Below are positions 26,000-38,625 of a stretch of DNA of 64,000 nt, piece after piece; the stretch's first letter is position 1; each line of letters opens with the position of its first letter. The position numbers and the translations under genes were made by a program. The notes beneath the pieces were generated by a model. That model was not told the DNA's origin. It ran no database searches and worked only from the letters and a program-made list of their open reading frames with translations. Origin of the DNA: Malacoraja senta (Eukaryota); the NCBI GenBank assembly GCA_038087875.1, contig CM075991.1, forward strand, positions 3,100,001 to 3,164,000, given 5' to 3'.

Positions 26000-28900
26000 C
26001 CTGATGTAAATGTAGATGGGCTGTTGAGTAAGTTTGTTGACTATACTAATATTGGTGGAGTTGCCGATAGTGAGGAATGCTGCCAGAACACAGAGCGGGA
26101 TAAAATGTAAGAAGAGAGTATGGAGTTAATGGCAAGACCGTAAAAGCATTGGTGTGCAGAGGGATCTTGGAGTCCAATTTCATAGTTTACAGAAGGTGGC
26201 AGCAGAAGTAGACAAGGTGGTAAAGGAGATAAATTGTGTGCTTGCCTGCATTGCGAGGGGGATTGAATACAAGAGTCTGGGAGTCACGATACAGCTACAT
26301 AGGACTTTGGTTAGGCCACATTTGAAGTATTGTCTACAGTTCTGGTCGCCCCACTACCAGAAAGATAGTTCATAAGATGTGGAGGTTTTCGAGAGGGTGC
26401 AGAGGAGATTTACCAGAATGCTACCTGATTAGTTTAGTTTAGTTTATTATTGTCACATACACTCAGGAACAGTGAAAAGTTTTTGTTGCATGCCATCCAG
26501 TCAATGAAAAAACTATACATGATTACAATCATGCTGTCCACAGTGTAGAGGTACAAGATAAAGGGGACAACATTCAGTGCAAGAAAAAGTCTGATAACGT
26601 TTATTAAAGATAGTTCAAAGTCTCCAATGTGGTAGATGGGAGGTCAGGACTGCACTCTCTCTGGTGAAAAAACGTTTCAGTTGCCAGAGAATTTTCTTCT
26701 CTGGAATGTCGGAGGTTGCGGGGAGACTTGATAGAAGTAAACAAAATTATGAGAGGCACGGATAGGGTAGATGGTCAGAACCTTTTATCCAAGGGTGGAA
26801 AAGTCCAACACTAGAGGTCATAGCTACAAGGTGGGGTGTCTTAGGGTATCTCCGAGTCATACAGAAAAGAAACAGGCCCTTTGACCCAGCTAGCCCATGA
26901 CAACCAAGGTGCCCCATCTACACTAGTTCCACCTGGCCATGTTTGGCCCATATCCCTCTAAACCTTTCCTTTCCACGTACCTGTGCCTATGTCTTTTAAA
27001 TGTTATTGTTTCTGCCTCAATTACAGTCCACCAGCAGCTCATCTCTTGTACCCATCACCCTGTGTTTGGAAAAAAGTTCCCCTTCAGATTCCTATTAAAT
27101 ATTTCCCCTCTCACCTTAAACCTAATTCTCTGGTTCTTGATTCCTCTACATGGGTAATAGACTATCCATCCTATCCATACCTCTCATGATCATATACAAC
27201 TCTATAAGATCACCTCTCATCCATGCACTCTCCACAGAATACAGTCCTAGCCTGCCCATCCAGTCCTTATAGCTCAGTCCCTCAGTTCCTGACAACATCC
27301 TTGTACAGGTAAATCTCTACATACTTTCAAGTTTAACAACATCTTCTACAGCTGGGTGACAAACTCTGATCACAATACCCCAACTGTGGCCTCACTAGCA
27401 TCTTGTTCAGCTGTAACATCCAAACTTCTATCCTCAAAATCCTGATTCATGAAGGCCAAAGTGCCAAAATCCTTTTTGACCACCTTGTCAACCTGTGCTA
27501 CCAATTTCAATGAACTATTCACCTGCATTCCGAGATCTCTGCTCTGCAAAACTCCCCAGTTCTGACATTTATAGTGAAGATCCCGTCCTGATTAAAGTTC
27601 CCGAAATGCTGTACCTCACATTTATCTGCAGTAAACTCTATTGACCATTCTGCTGCCCCCTTGCCAACGGATCAAGATCCTGCTGCAATTGTTGTTGTTT
27701 TTTTTGTTGTTGTTTTTTTTTTTTTAATTTTTTTTTTTTTTTTTAATTATTATTTATTACAAGTACATTACATTACAACCACATACATTAATACTCGTCA
27801 TTTGTATCTTCTTACAATTAATGTACTCCCTTTATTTATTTTTTTGCACTAGAAAAGAAAAAGATTGAAAGAAAGAAGAAAGTGAAGGAAAAAGTGAAAG
27901 TGTAGAAAAGTGTAGAAAATGTAACAACAAAAAAGGACGAAGACCCTATAAGAGCGCTGCTGCAATTGTTGACAACTATTTTCATTGTCTACAACACCAG
28001 CCACTTTAATGTAATCTGCAAATTTACTTACCGTGCCTTGTAAGTTCACATCCAAATTGTTGATGTAAACCTCAAACAGCAATGGATCCAGCACCAATCC
28101 TTGAAGCATGCCACTAATCAGAGTCCCCAAGTCAAAAAACAATGTTCCACCGTCGCATGTTTCCATCCATGAAGCCAATTTTCTATCCAGGCCATTAGCT
28201 ATCTTTGGATCCCATTGGATCCCATGCGATCAAACTTCCAGAACAGCCTACCATGTGGAACCTCGTCAAATGCCTTGCTGAAATCTATGTAGAAAATGTC
28301 TACAGCTCTGCCATCAACCTTTTTGGTTACATAGAGTCATAGAGTCATACAGTGATACAGTGTGGACACAGGCCCTTCAGCCCAACTTCCCCACACCAGC
28401 CAAAAATGTCCCTGCTACACTAGTCTCACTTGCCTGTGCTTGGTCTATATCCCTCCAAACCTGTCCTATCCATGTTCCTGTCTAAATTTTCCCCTTCACC
28501 TTGAACCTATGCAATCTGGTCCTCAATTCCCATACTCTGGGTAAGAGACAGTGCATCTACCTGATCTATTCCTCTCATGATTTTGTACACCTCTATAAGA
28601 TTGTCCTACTCAACCTCCCTCTATAGCTTGCACCCTCCAGTCATGGCAACATCCTCATAAATCATTTCTGAACAGTTTCAAGCTTGACAATATATTTCCT
28701 ATAACATGGTGCCCAGAACTGAACACAATGTTCTAAATGTGGTCTCACCAACATCTAATACAACTGCAACATGACCCAACTTCTATACTCAATCTGACTG
28801 ATGAAGGCCAAAGTGGGTTTACACTATATAGGGTGATCCACAGAGGTCACATGCACTCCCTGTCTATTTCCTTTTCTCATGCTCACCCACCAAAAACAAT

Positions 28901-30540
28901 CACAAGACTCACACACAACTTAGTGCAGAATTTACGTTATCCTCTTAATCAACTTCCCCCCTCCCCCAATGCAGCACTTGCCCCTCCCCCACACACAGCA
29001 TTTGCCCCTCCCTCCCACACAGCACCAGAACCACCCCACCCCCACAGCATCTGACACACGGCCCTACCAATTAATGCACAATCTTTTATCTAGGGTAGGG
29101 AAATCAAGAACCAGATGACAAAGGTTTAAGGAGACGAGAAATTTTAATAGAAATCCGAGGGACATCTTTTTTACTCAGAGAATGGTGGGTTTTCTGGTAC
29201 GAGCTGCCAGAGGAGGTACAGCAGCTGTGGCAAGTACTATAACAGCATTTAAAAGACACATGGAGAGATACATGAAAGGAAAGGTTTAGAGCCATATGGG
29301 TCAAATGTGTGCAAATGAGACCACCTTAGATGGGGCAATTTGGTGAGCATGGACAATTGGGGCTGTCGAGCCTGTTTCCATGCTGTATGACTCTATGACA
29401 GATGGATAACTTGCCCCATGTGATGCTGCTAAACAAGATGAGAGCGCAAGGTATTAGAGGGAAGATACCTGCATGGATAGCAGGTTGGCTGAATGGCAGA
29501 AGGCAAAGAGTGGGGAAAAAGGGACTTTTTGTGATAGGCTACTAGTCACTCATGGTGTTCCGTTGGGGTCGAGGTTGAGGCCGCTACTCTTCACATAGCT
29601 TATCAATGATTTGGATGAGGAAATTGATGGATATTTGGCCGTTTGCAGATGATACAAAGATAGATGGAGGAGTAGCTAATGTAGAGGAAGCAGGGAGTCT
29701 GCAGAAGGACAGGTTGGAAGAGGTGGAAGATAGAATATGGTGCAGCAAAGTGTACAGTCATGCACTTTGATAGTAGGACAAAAGTATTTTGTAAATAGGG
29801 AGAGAATTCAGAAATCTGAGGTGCAAATGGACTTGGGAGTGCTGGTGGAGTGGTCCCAAAAGATTAATTTGCAAGTTAAATCGGTAGTAAGGAAGGCAAA
29901 TGTCATGTTAGCAATTATTTTGAGAAGACTAGAATATAAAAGCAGGGATGCAATGCTGATGCTTTGTAGGATGCCCAGTCAGACTGCATTTGGAGTTTTG
30001 TGAACAGTTTTGGTCCACATATCTGAGGAGGGATTTGCTAGCATTGGAGAGAGTCCAGAAGAGATTGATGAGAATGATCCGAAGGAGGAATGGGTTAACG
30101 TATGAGGAGCCTGTGAGGGCCTTGGGCCTGGACTCGTGTGTGTTTAGAAGGATGAGTAGGAATCTCAGTGAAACCTACTAAATAATGAAAGGACCACATA
30201 GAATGGATGTTGAAAGGATATTTCCAGTAGTGGGAGAATCTAGGACCACATGGCACAGCCTCAGAATAAAAGGACATCATTTTAGAATGATGATGAGGAT
30301 ATTATTTTGCCAGAGATTAGTTTATCTGTGGAATTAATTGCCTGAGATGATTGTGGAAGCCAAGGCATTGGGTATTTTTAAAGCAGAGATAGAAAGGTTA
30401 TTAATTAACAAGGGTGTAAAATGTTAGGAAGAAGGTGGGAGAATGGGGTTCAGAGGGAAAGACCAACCATGATTGAATTGTGGAATAGAATTGATGGGCC
30501 AAATGGCCTAATTCTGCTCCTATGACATGAACTTAAAAAC
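26000..30540. mobile_element. Patchwork of degraded CR1 fragments on both strands
   Basis: Repeated CR1 RT motifs (RPHLKYCLQFWSP, SKFAD..K, DLGVLV) and CR1 tails. Confidence 0.75.
27695..27956 (-). mobile_element. Short polyadenylated L1-type insertion with a 15-bp TSD
   Basis: T-rich tail on the left; CTGCTGCAATTGTTG at 27680-27694 and 27957-27971. Confidence 0.75.
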
Positions 30541-30869
30541 ATGAGAGCATGAAGCATTTTTGTTCTCTTCTACATTGGAGACTGTGATACAGGGCACAAT
30601 AAAAATGAATTAAAACTGCATTCGGCATGGTGTGGTATTTTCAGGCGGCTGCTGAGAGTGCGGGTGGGCTGGGTGCTCTGAATTGTTTACAAATTGACAA
30701 AGTCCCTGGTGGTGGAACGATGGAAATGAGAAGAGCACCCACATGGTCTGGATCACACTGTGGACAATGGGATCAACCATCTCCTCTCTGACGGTAAGCT
30801 TCTTTAACTGTATGCTTCTTGGATGCAGGTATCGGCTCGGTGACTCGTTTCCGTTTCAAGTTCAATAGA

Positions 30870-31795
30870 TATTAGACAAGAGGTGCAGGAGTAGGCCATT
30901 CGTCCCTTTGAGCCAGCACCGCCATTCACTGTGATCATGGCTGATCATCCACAATCAGTGCCCCGTTCCTGCCTTCTCACCATATCCCTTGACTCTGCTA
31001 GCTCTCTCTTGAAAGCAGCCAGAGAACCAGCCTCTGAGGCAGAGAATTCCACAGACTCACAACTCTGCGCGTGAAAAGGTTTTTCCTGATCTCCGTTCTA
31101 AATGGCTTAACCCTTATTCTTAAATAGTGGCCCCTGGTTCTGGACTCCCCCAATATCGGGAACATGTTTCCTGCCCCTAGCGTGTCCAAAACCTTAATAA
31201 TCTGATATGTTTCAATAAGATACCCTCTCATCCTTCTAAATTCCAGGGTATACAAGCCCAGCTGCTCCATTCTATCAACATACCACTGTCCGCCATTCTG
31301 GGAATTATCCTTGTGAACCTACGGTGCACTCCCTCAATAGCAAGAATGTCCTTCCTCAAATTTGGAGACCAAAACTGCACACAATACTCCAGGTGTGGTC
31401 TCACTAGGGCCCTGTACAACTGGAGAAGGACCTCTTTGCTCCTATACTCAACTCCTCCTGTTATGAAGGCCAACATGCCATTCACTTTCTTCACTGCCTG
31501 CTGTACCTGCAAGCTTACTTTCAGTGACTGATGAACAAGGACCCCCCCAGATCTCATTGTGCTTCCCCTATTCCCAATTTGACACCATTCAGATAATAAT
31601 CTACCTTCCCGTTTTTGCCACTTAAGTGGATAACCTCACATCTATCCACATTAAAATGCATCTGCCATGCATCTGCCCACTCACCCAACCTGTCCAAGTC
31701 ACCCTGCATCCTCATAGCATCCCCCTCACAGTTCACACAGCCACCCAGCTTTGTGTCATCTGCAAATTTGTTAATGTTACTTTTAATCCCTTCAT
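30870..31795 (-). mobile_element. CR1 LINE 3' fragment
   Basis: SKFADDTKLGG, QGDLDRL and QLYRALVRPHLEYCVQFWSP. Confidence 0.88.
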
Positions 31796-32080
31796 TGGTC
31801 TCTCAAGAGAAGGCGAAAGAAAGAAAATGGATCCGATAAACCAATTAATGGGCAGGTTCTTTCTCGTTGGTGCATTAGAGCAGACTGCAGTTCACGCCTT
31901 ACTTCGTTCACAATCTATTGGTTGTTTGGAGCAAAACATCATTTACTATGAAAACAGTTATCAAAGAATTAACTCTCAGATACGTTAGTGTGTCGGAAGA
32001 TTGTGGAGAGACCATTCTATGTCCGTAGTGGGTGTTCAGTTGAAGTCCTGGTGTCATCGCTGCAATTGGCTGCTGGGAGA

Positions 32081-32126
32081 ATGCTGCGGTCCTTCTTGAC
32101 TTTGATTGTATTGCAGATTTGGAACT
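32081..32126 (+). CDS. SRCR-family gene, signal-peptide exon (MLRSFLTLIVLQIWN-C)
   Basis: ATG with a purine at -3, hydrophobic core, consensus donor GTGAGT at 32127, phase 1 compatible with the next exon. Confidence 0.7.
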
Positions 32127-33328
32127 GTGAGTTCATTGAGAATGCTGAAAGTATTCGGTGATCAATTAACATGATATTTATTATTATACTCTATATTCCC
32201 GTATCTTTCTAGCTACATAATTGCACGTTGTGGTGTATGGACTGTGGATAGTAGAAAATATTTATTCTTTGAATGGAGACACAAGGTCCTGCAGATGCTG
32301 CTTCACGAAAAAATACAAAATTAGCTGGAATAACACAGCGGGTCAGGCAGCATCTCTGGAGAACTTGGATAGATGACAATTCGTGTCGGGACCCTTCTTC
32401 AAACTGTTGCACTCCAGCATTTTGTGGCTTATCACTAAATGTTGTGATGACAAAATTGTGATCTATTAAATTGAAGATACATTTCTGCCACGTGTAAAAT
32501 TTCCACCTGTCCAGATCAGGGGTTTGGGTGTTTTTATAATGAGAGCACAGGAGCAGAGATGAGAAAATATGCTAATTTACTTCAAATGTATGACGGGAGA
32601 AGTGGACTATTCAAGTGTGGCAATTATTTTTTATAAATAATTCATTATTTTCTAATATTTTCTAACTGAGCCATTTGGTAACTCGTTGCTGACTTCTGTC
32701 GGAACAGTGTGTGTTTGGATAATTTCGCCAAGATTAGCACATTTAACGTCCCATTCCGATTTTGTCAAACAGATTTAAACGTGAAATTTCACCCACGGGA
32801 ATTTTCTTCAGTCACAGATCAGTAAACCCGCAAGACTCTGGTCTTGTGTACTGCAATTCAGAAAGAGATTATTAATCTCAATTGATCAGAGGTATAGGGC
32901 GGTCACTGTTGGGACAGGGTTCATCGGAGTCCGGAGAGTATAAACTCCGTGAGGGTGAACAGCATCCAAAGCTGCAGCTGTTGCTGACTGAAGCCGCACA
33001 CAAATACCTGATATTGACATCGACATTTCCACACAGTGGTGGAGTTTAATTTGCTGTTAGATCTTCAAATGTGTGACATTATATATTAAACTGAGTTTTC
33101 AGTTTGCCCCTATGTTTGTCCGGCGATAAGCAGCAACTCATTTTGCTCGGGGCATTTTTGCATTTTCCATTCTGTTTATGTGGAGAATCGCAGTTAGTGA
33201 GATGTTGCAAATGTCCTTAAATTGCTTTACGCTTGTTCGATTCATCTTAAAAGTTCAGTGCAGATTTCCGTGACAAAACGCAGCTTGATATTTTATCTCC
33301 TTCATGTACCTCGTGTTAAATGCACAAT

Positions 33329-33364
<36 letters not shown>

Positions 33365-34628
33365 GCGAGGTATATACAGAACCTTCGGCGGGGCAGCAGC
33401 TGCTGTGGAAAGTATATTAGTCCACGTTGGGACTGATGGACAGAATTTGTGGAAAGAACAGCAGAGCACAAATCATCTTTGTTTCTCTTTCCACAGGTAC
33501 TGAGTGTTTCAGAGTTTTACCTCTGTTTTGAAGATTTCTCCCATTTGCTGCTTTCTAGATAAATTCAGGCATATATTCAGCTGTTGTTTCTCAATCCCCG
33601 TCCACCTCATTGACACTTCTATTTAGTGTCACGTTCAGTCGATGGTATAGTTTCTCAATGTTCACGGTTTTGATTAAGGTTTATTTTAAAAACTCCATCA
33701 AAGGGAAATGCGCATTGCCTGCTCGAGTAGACTTTCGGCAATCTTTACATTTCCTTTTTTATGAAATCGATTCGCCTATATTGAATTTTCTGCAGAATAT
33801 TCAGTTTGCGTTTTATGAAATACCTATACTTTTTTCAGTCTGCTTCCACTTGCACCGCGTCCTGCATTTTCTAAATTCAGTTTATCTCTGTTTGATATGT
33901 CGATCAGAAAATATGTATCTCCGAATGGAGACACGAGGGCCTGCAGATGTTGGTTTACAAAAAAACTAAATTTGTTGGAATAACACGTCGTGTCAGGCTC
34001 TGGAGAACATGGATAGGTGACGTTTCAAATCGGCCCCCTTCTTCAAACTGATGCTGCCTGACCCGCTGGGTTACTGCAGCACTTTATGTCTGTATCTCTA
34101 AATGTTGTGATGAAAACATAGTGACCTATTAAAGTGATGAAAAATGTCTTCCACGTGTGAATTATCTACCTGTCTAGATCAGGGCTTTGGGTGTTTTCTA
34201 ATGTGGGCACAGGAGCAGAGTGAATTTAAAAAATAGGCTAATTCACCTTGACAACGGCTGGATGGAATATTGAAGTGTGTTATTTGCTTTCTATAATTAA
34301 TTCGTTATTTTCTAATGTTTGCTATTTGTGTCCTTGTGTAACAGTCGCTCAATTCCGTCGGAACAGGCTATATATTTGGATAATGTCGCCAAGATGAACA
34401 CATTTAACTTCCCATTCAGATTTTTGAAAACAGATTTAAACGTGATATTTCGTCCACGGGAATTTTCTTCATTCACAGATCAGTCAACCCGCAAGACTCG
34501 GGTCTTGTGTACTGCAATTCAGAAATAGATTATTAATCTAAATTTATCAGAGGTATAGGGCAGTAACTGTTGGGGCAGATTACATCGGAGTCCAGAGAGT
34601 ATAAACTCGTTGAGGTGAACAACAGATG

Positions 34629-34676
34629 CTAACCCTAACCCTAACCCTAACCCTAACCCTAACCCTAACCCTAACC
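34629..34676. repeat. Interstitial telomeric repeat (CTAACC)8, i.e. (TTAGGG)n on the minus strand
   Basis: Eight perfect units directly visible. Confidence 0.97.
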
Positions 34677-34682
34677 CTGAGT

Positions 34683-34711
34683 CTGAAGAAGGGTTTCGGC
34701 CCGAAACGTTA
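34683..34711 (+). ncRNA. Minimal type I hammerhead ribozyme motif in a Penelope pLTR
   Basis: CUGAAGA-A-[GGGU UUCG GCCC]-GAAAC-GUU: conserved core boxes, 4-bp helix II with tetraloop, palindromic ACGU in place of helix III. Confidence 0.7.
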
Positions 34712-35329
34712 CCTATTTCCTTCGCTCCATAGATGCTGCTGCACCCGCTGAGTTTCTCCAGCATTTTTGTGTACCAACAGCATCTAAAGCTGCAGCTGTT
34801 GATGACTGAAGCCGCACACAAATTCCTGTCGCTGATAGTGATCAGTTGCAGCTTTTTTTATCCACCATGCCATACTGTGAACTGAGCATATTTATAAAAT
34901 GTAGTTAGTATCGTGTTGATGGAAAGGTTTTTGTTAATTTTACATCATTAAACGTCATCTTGATGTAGAATGAACACTGTTAACATTAGCATTAATTTTG
35001 TCATTGAACACTCACTTCGATGGATATTAACGCTGACATTTCCACACAGTGGTCAATGATCTTCAAATGCGTCACATTATATATTCACGGAGTTTTCAGT
35101 TTGGCACTATGCGTGTCCGGCTATTAGTAGCAACACATTTATTTCTCGGGGCATTTTTGCATTCTCCATTCTGTTTAGGTGGAGAATCGCGTTAGAGAGA
35201 TGTTGCAATTTTATTTAAATTGCTTTTCACTTGGTCTATTTTGGTTAAATGTTCAGTGCAGTTCCGTAACAAATTTCGCCCTGATATTTTATCTCCTACA
35301 TGCATTTAATTATATTACCCCTGCTTCCA

Positions 35330-35640
35330 CCCAGTTGTAGCGATCTCGGTTCATTCCTTACCACCGGTGCTGTATGACATGCTATTACACTTGCATCTTC
35401 CCTGTGACTGTGCGCGTTTGCCCGGGTGCTCGGGTTTCTTCGCGCATCCCAATGATTTGTTGCTAGGTAGTTTAATTACCTACTGTAAATTATCTTGAGT
35501 AGAATGGTCAAACAGATGAAAGAAGGGTTGATGGGCCCGAATGAAGGGAAATAAGGAGAGGGTAAATTAAATCAACGAGATTGTTGTACGGTGCTTGGTA
35601 TGGAGCCGATGGGTTGAATGGTCTCCTTTTGTCCTATTGC
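35330..35640 (+). mobile_element. Old V-SINE (HE1-like) remnant
   Basis: Degenerate B-box and V-domain (ccctgtgactg..gggtgctc.ggtttc) similar to 51680-51995. Confidence 0.5.
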
Positions 35641-37508
35641 TTCCGCGTGCATTAAATACTTGCATAATCGTAATGCACGTCTGAGAAAATATGATCCTAA
35701 TGATTCCCAAATTGTCAGATACGATTGTGCTGTTTATATTATTATTCGTGAGATATAACGCTAAATTAATGAGACTGTTGTGCATGCGATCAATTGTCCA
35801 CTGCATTGTCCACGGGCTGAGTTTGTGCAATCGGTGAAAGGCATAGAATTGAATAACATTATCTAGATTCAAAAATTGTAACGCGGGTTTGAAACTGTGA
35901 ACGTAAATAGACTTTCCCTACTTCTTGAAAATCGGTTAAAAGAAAATGGCAACTCGCGAGACAGTATCTGTTCCTGGAGCCAAGTTGATAACAGCACTCA
36001 GGTGTGGGAGCAAGTCGTGCCCAGTTATTGCTGGACAACGCAGGACACAAACGAACCAACGTGTAACGGAATATCATTCAAGCATTCTCCACAAGCAAAT
36101 CTGAAAATAAATAGAGTCATAGTCGTAAATATTAGCATCGCCGCACCTGTATTAAGATACTGGAAAGTAGTATAGAAATCGGGGGCAGAATATCTTCAGT
36201 AGTCTGGGATCAGGTCATTTGTCCATCATGTGGTAGATGGTGTTGAACACAAAAAAATATCCTGCAAATCCATCGGAGGGAATATCATCGAAAATTTTGT
36301 TGGAGGGGAAATCAAGGAATGGCTGTCCGCAGAAAATTAATATGATCGAGTTTGGCACACGGGTCAGTTCACTTTGTATCGCCTGTGGGAAATAAAATTG
36401 AAATGAGAATCTGAACTCGTGACAGTATGAACCTCACAGACAATAGCTATTTCAAGAGTGTTTTTTTTAAACCTGTCAAATGTACTGAAAACTGAAAAAA
36501 ATGAAAAGATTTATTCTAGGGGAATAAGGATGGGGTTATTCACTGTTAATTGCATTATGAATTTTCCCATGCGAATTATCAGTTAGAGTGGCAACACAAT
36601 GTATTTTCAAGGCTACGTAAAATGTGCCCGAACCTGATAGTTCACCAGAGGCGATAGGAGAGTTGTCGTGGCACGACAGGCATAGTTATCAGGTATATTG
36701 TTCCCTGTCGTTGGAAGGATGCAATTAAGTGTAGGAAGGATGCAATTAAGATGGAAAGAATGCAGTGAAGATTTACGAGACGTTTCCAGCACTTAAGGAC
36801 CCGAGTTGTGGAGAGAGATTGGGCAAGCTAGGACTTTATTCCTTGGAGCGCAGGAGACCAAGGGAAGATGGAGGAGCATATAATCACGAGAGGAATTAAT
36901 AAAGTGAATGGCACAGAGTATTTTAAACCAGGATAGGAGAAATTAAAACAACAGAGGCTAAAGGTTTTAAGATGAGAAGGGAAATATTTAATAGGATTCA
37001 GAGGGGCGTTTTTTCCAGACACAGGGTGGTGGGTATATGGAACAAGCTGCCAGGGGAGGCAGCTGGGGCAGGTATTTAAGGTATTTAATGCATTTAAAAT
37101 TCATTGATCGGGTACAAGCATTGGAACGTTTTAGAGAGACATGGGCCAAACGTGGGCAAATTGAACTTGCTTAGATGGGACAATCTGGTCGGCATGGACC
37201 AAATTTACCACATCGGTAAATTGTATCCAGATCTCTGTAGATCTAACAATAAATGTAATTGCAACAGAGACACGATACGATTTTCTGACTGCTGATATTT
37301 ATTTACAGTAACATCTAAAAAAGCAGGTGGGAAGGTGAAACAACTCTCTGTAGCGGTTCGGAACGCTGCCTCTCAGGTCACTGTCGGGACTTGTGATGGT
37401 GTCATTAATGAGATGCCCACCTCCCCATGGACCCATTCGCTCCCACATCCCAACCCCATCACTCCACCCGTCACACATCCAAATCTCATTCTTTATTTCT
37501 CATTTCAG

Positions 37509-37541
37509 GCCGACCCGGGGATTGTCAGGCGGACCCTTCAG
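37509..37541 (+). CDS. SRCR-family gene, 33-nt micro-exon (C-RPGDCQADPS-E)
   Basis: Polypyrimidine tract and TTTCAG acceptor, CAG|GTAACC donor, phase 1-1, open frame. Confidence 0.7.
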
Positions 37542-38304
37542 GTAACCTCGCTTAACTTTCACTGCGTTAAGTGTGCGGCTACTGAGACTGATTGTTACTG
37601 AAGACCTTTAATGCTACTTGCGAGGTGACTGCCGTCTACAGACGGAGTGACGCTCAGTAATGTCCCTGAACCGCGCAGTGTGGGGAATCGACTCTGCTGA
37701 CATGGTTCCCGGTTCCAAGCTTCTTCCCACTGCTCATCCCACTGTGGAGTCCCAGTCCGGAGCTTTCACCTTTGGCGTCCAATTCCAGGAATGCCTTCAC
37801 ACCTCTAACACGTTTGGGTTCCATTGCCCGTCACATGAGCTTTGAGTACAGCGGGGCACTGACCCGCGCAGCTCATCAGCCGCTCTCCCGAGAATGAAAA
37901 CGAACCTGCAGCTGAACTTGGAGACACAAGGAACTGTAGATGCTGGTTTATAATAAAAATCACAGTGCTGGAGTAACTCGGTTGGACAGGCAGCATCTCA
38001 GGAGAACATGGGTGGGTGTCCGCTGAGTTGCTCCAGCACTCTGTGTCCGCAGCTCACCCTGCCTGCTCGGGCGCCACTTTCATCCCAAGAATGACCGGGT
38101 GATCCCGGTTCCCCGGACGGTTACCAGCTTACTGACTATTGTTGACACTGTTAACAGTTCATTCGGGGTCTGCCGCTCCCGTTGATCATTCCGTGGTACA
38201 TGTGGACTTTGAATGGTTGGAGCTAGGGGTGGCTGGGAGCGCGGTGTGTGGGGCGCCGACTGACCCGCGGCTCAAACCTTCTATTTTCTGATTTTTGTTT
38301 TCAG

Positions 38305-38625
38305 AAAGCGTGAAGTTGAGGCTGGTGAACGGGGGCAGTCCATGCGCCGGGAGAGTGGAGGTTCACTACAAGGGGAAGTGGGGGACTGTGTATGATCGCG
38401 GCTGGGACCTGCAGGACGCGGCGGTGGTGTGTCGGGAGCTGGGCTGCGGCGCCGCGACGGGAGCCCCGGGCGATGATCACTTTGGACCTGGGTCCGGACC
38501 CATTGTGACGTATTATGCTCGGTGCAGCGGGAGCGAGGCCGCTCTGCGGGAATGTGAATCACTGTCATGGGGGAACTATGACCATCTATATTCACACTCC
38601 GACGATGCCGGCGTTATCTGCGAAG
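38305..38625 (+). CDS. Group B-type SRCR domain exon (CD163/WC1/DMBT1-like scavenger receptor)
   Basis: LRLVNGGSPCAGRVEV..WGTV.D..WDLQDAAVVCRELGCG..FGPGSGPI...CSGSE.AL.EC...HSDDAGVIC; TTTTCAG acceptor and AAG|GTAAAC donor; 321 nt, phase 1-1; CpG-rich. Confidence 0.95.

Larger units (their letters stand above)
32260..35302 (+). repeat. Diverged tandem duplication in intron 1 (unit 1 ~32260-33307, unit 2 ~33912-35302)
   Basis: Colinear similarity from gaatggagacac to tgatattttatctcc; unit 2 carries extra inserts. Confidence 0.88.

Noticed and set aside
34519..34821. ORF with a GLGLGL repeat
   Set aside because: Translation of the telomeric repeat
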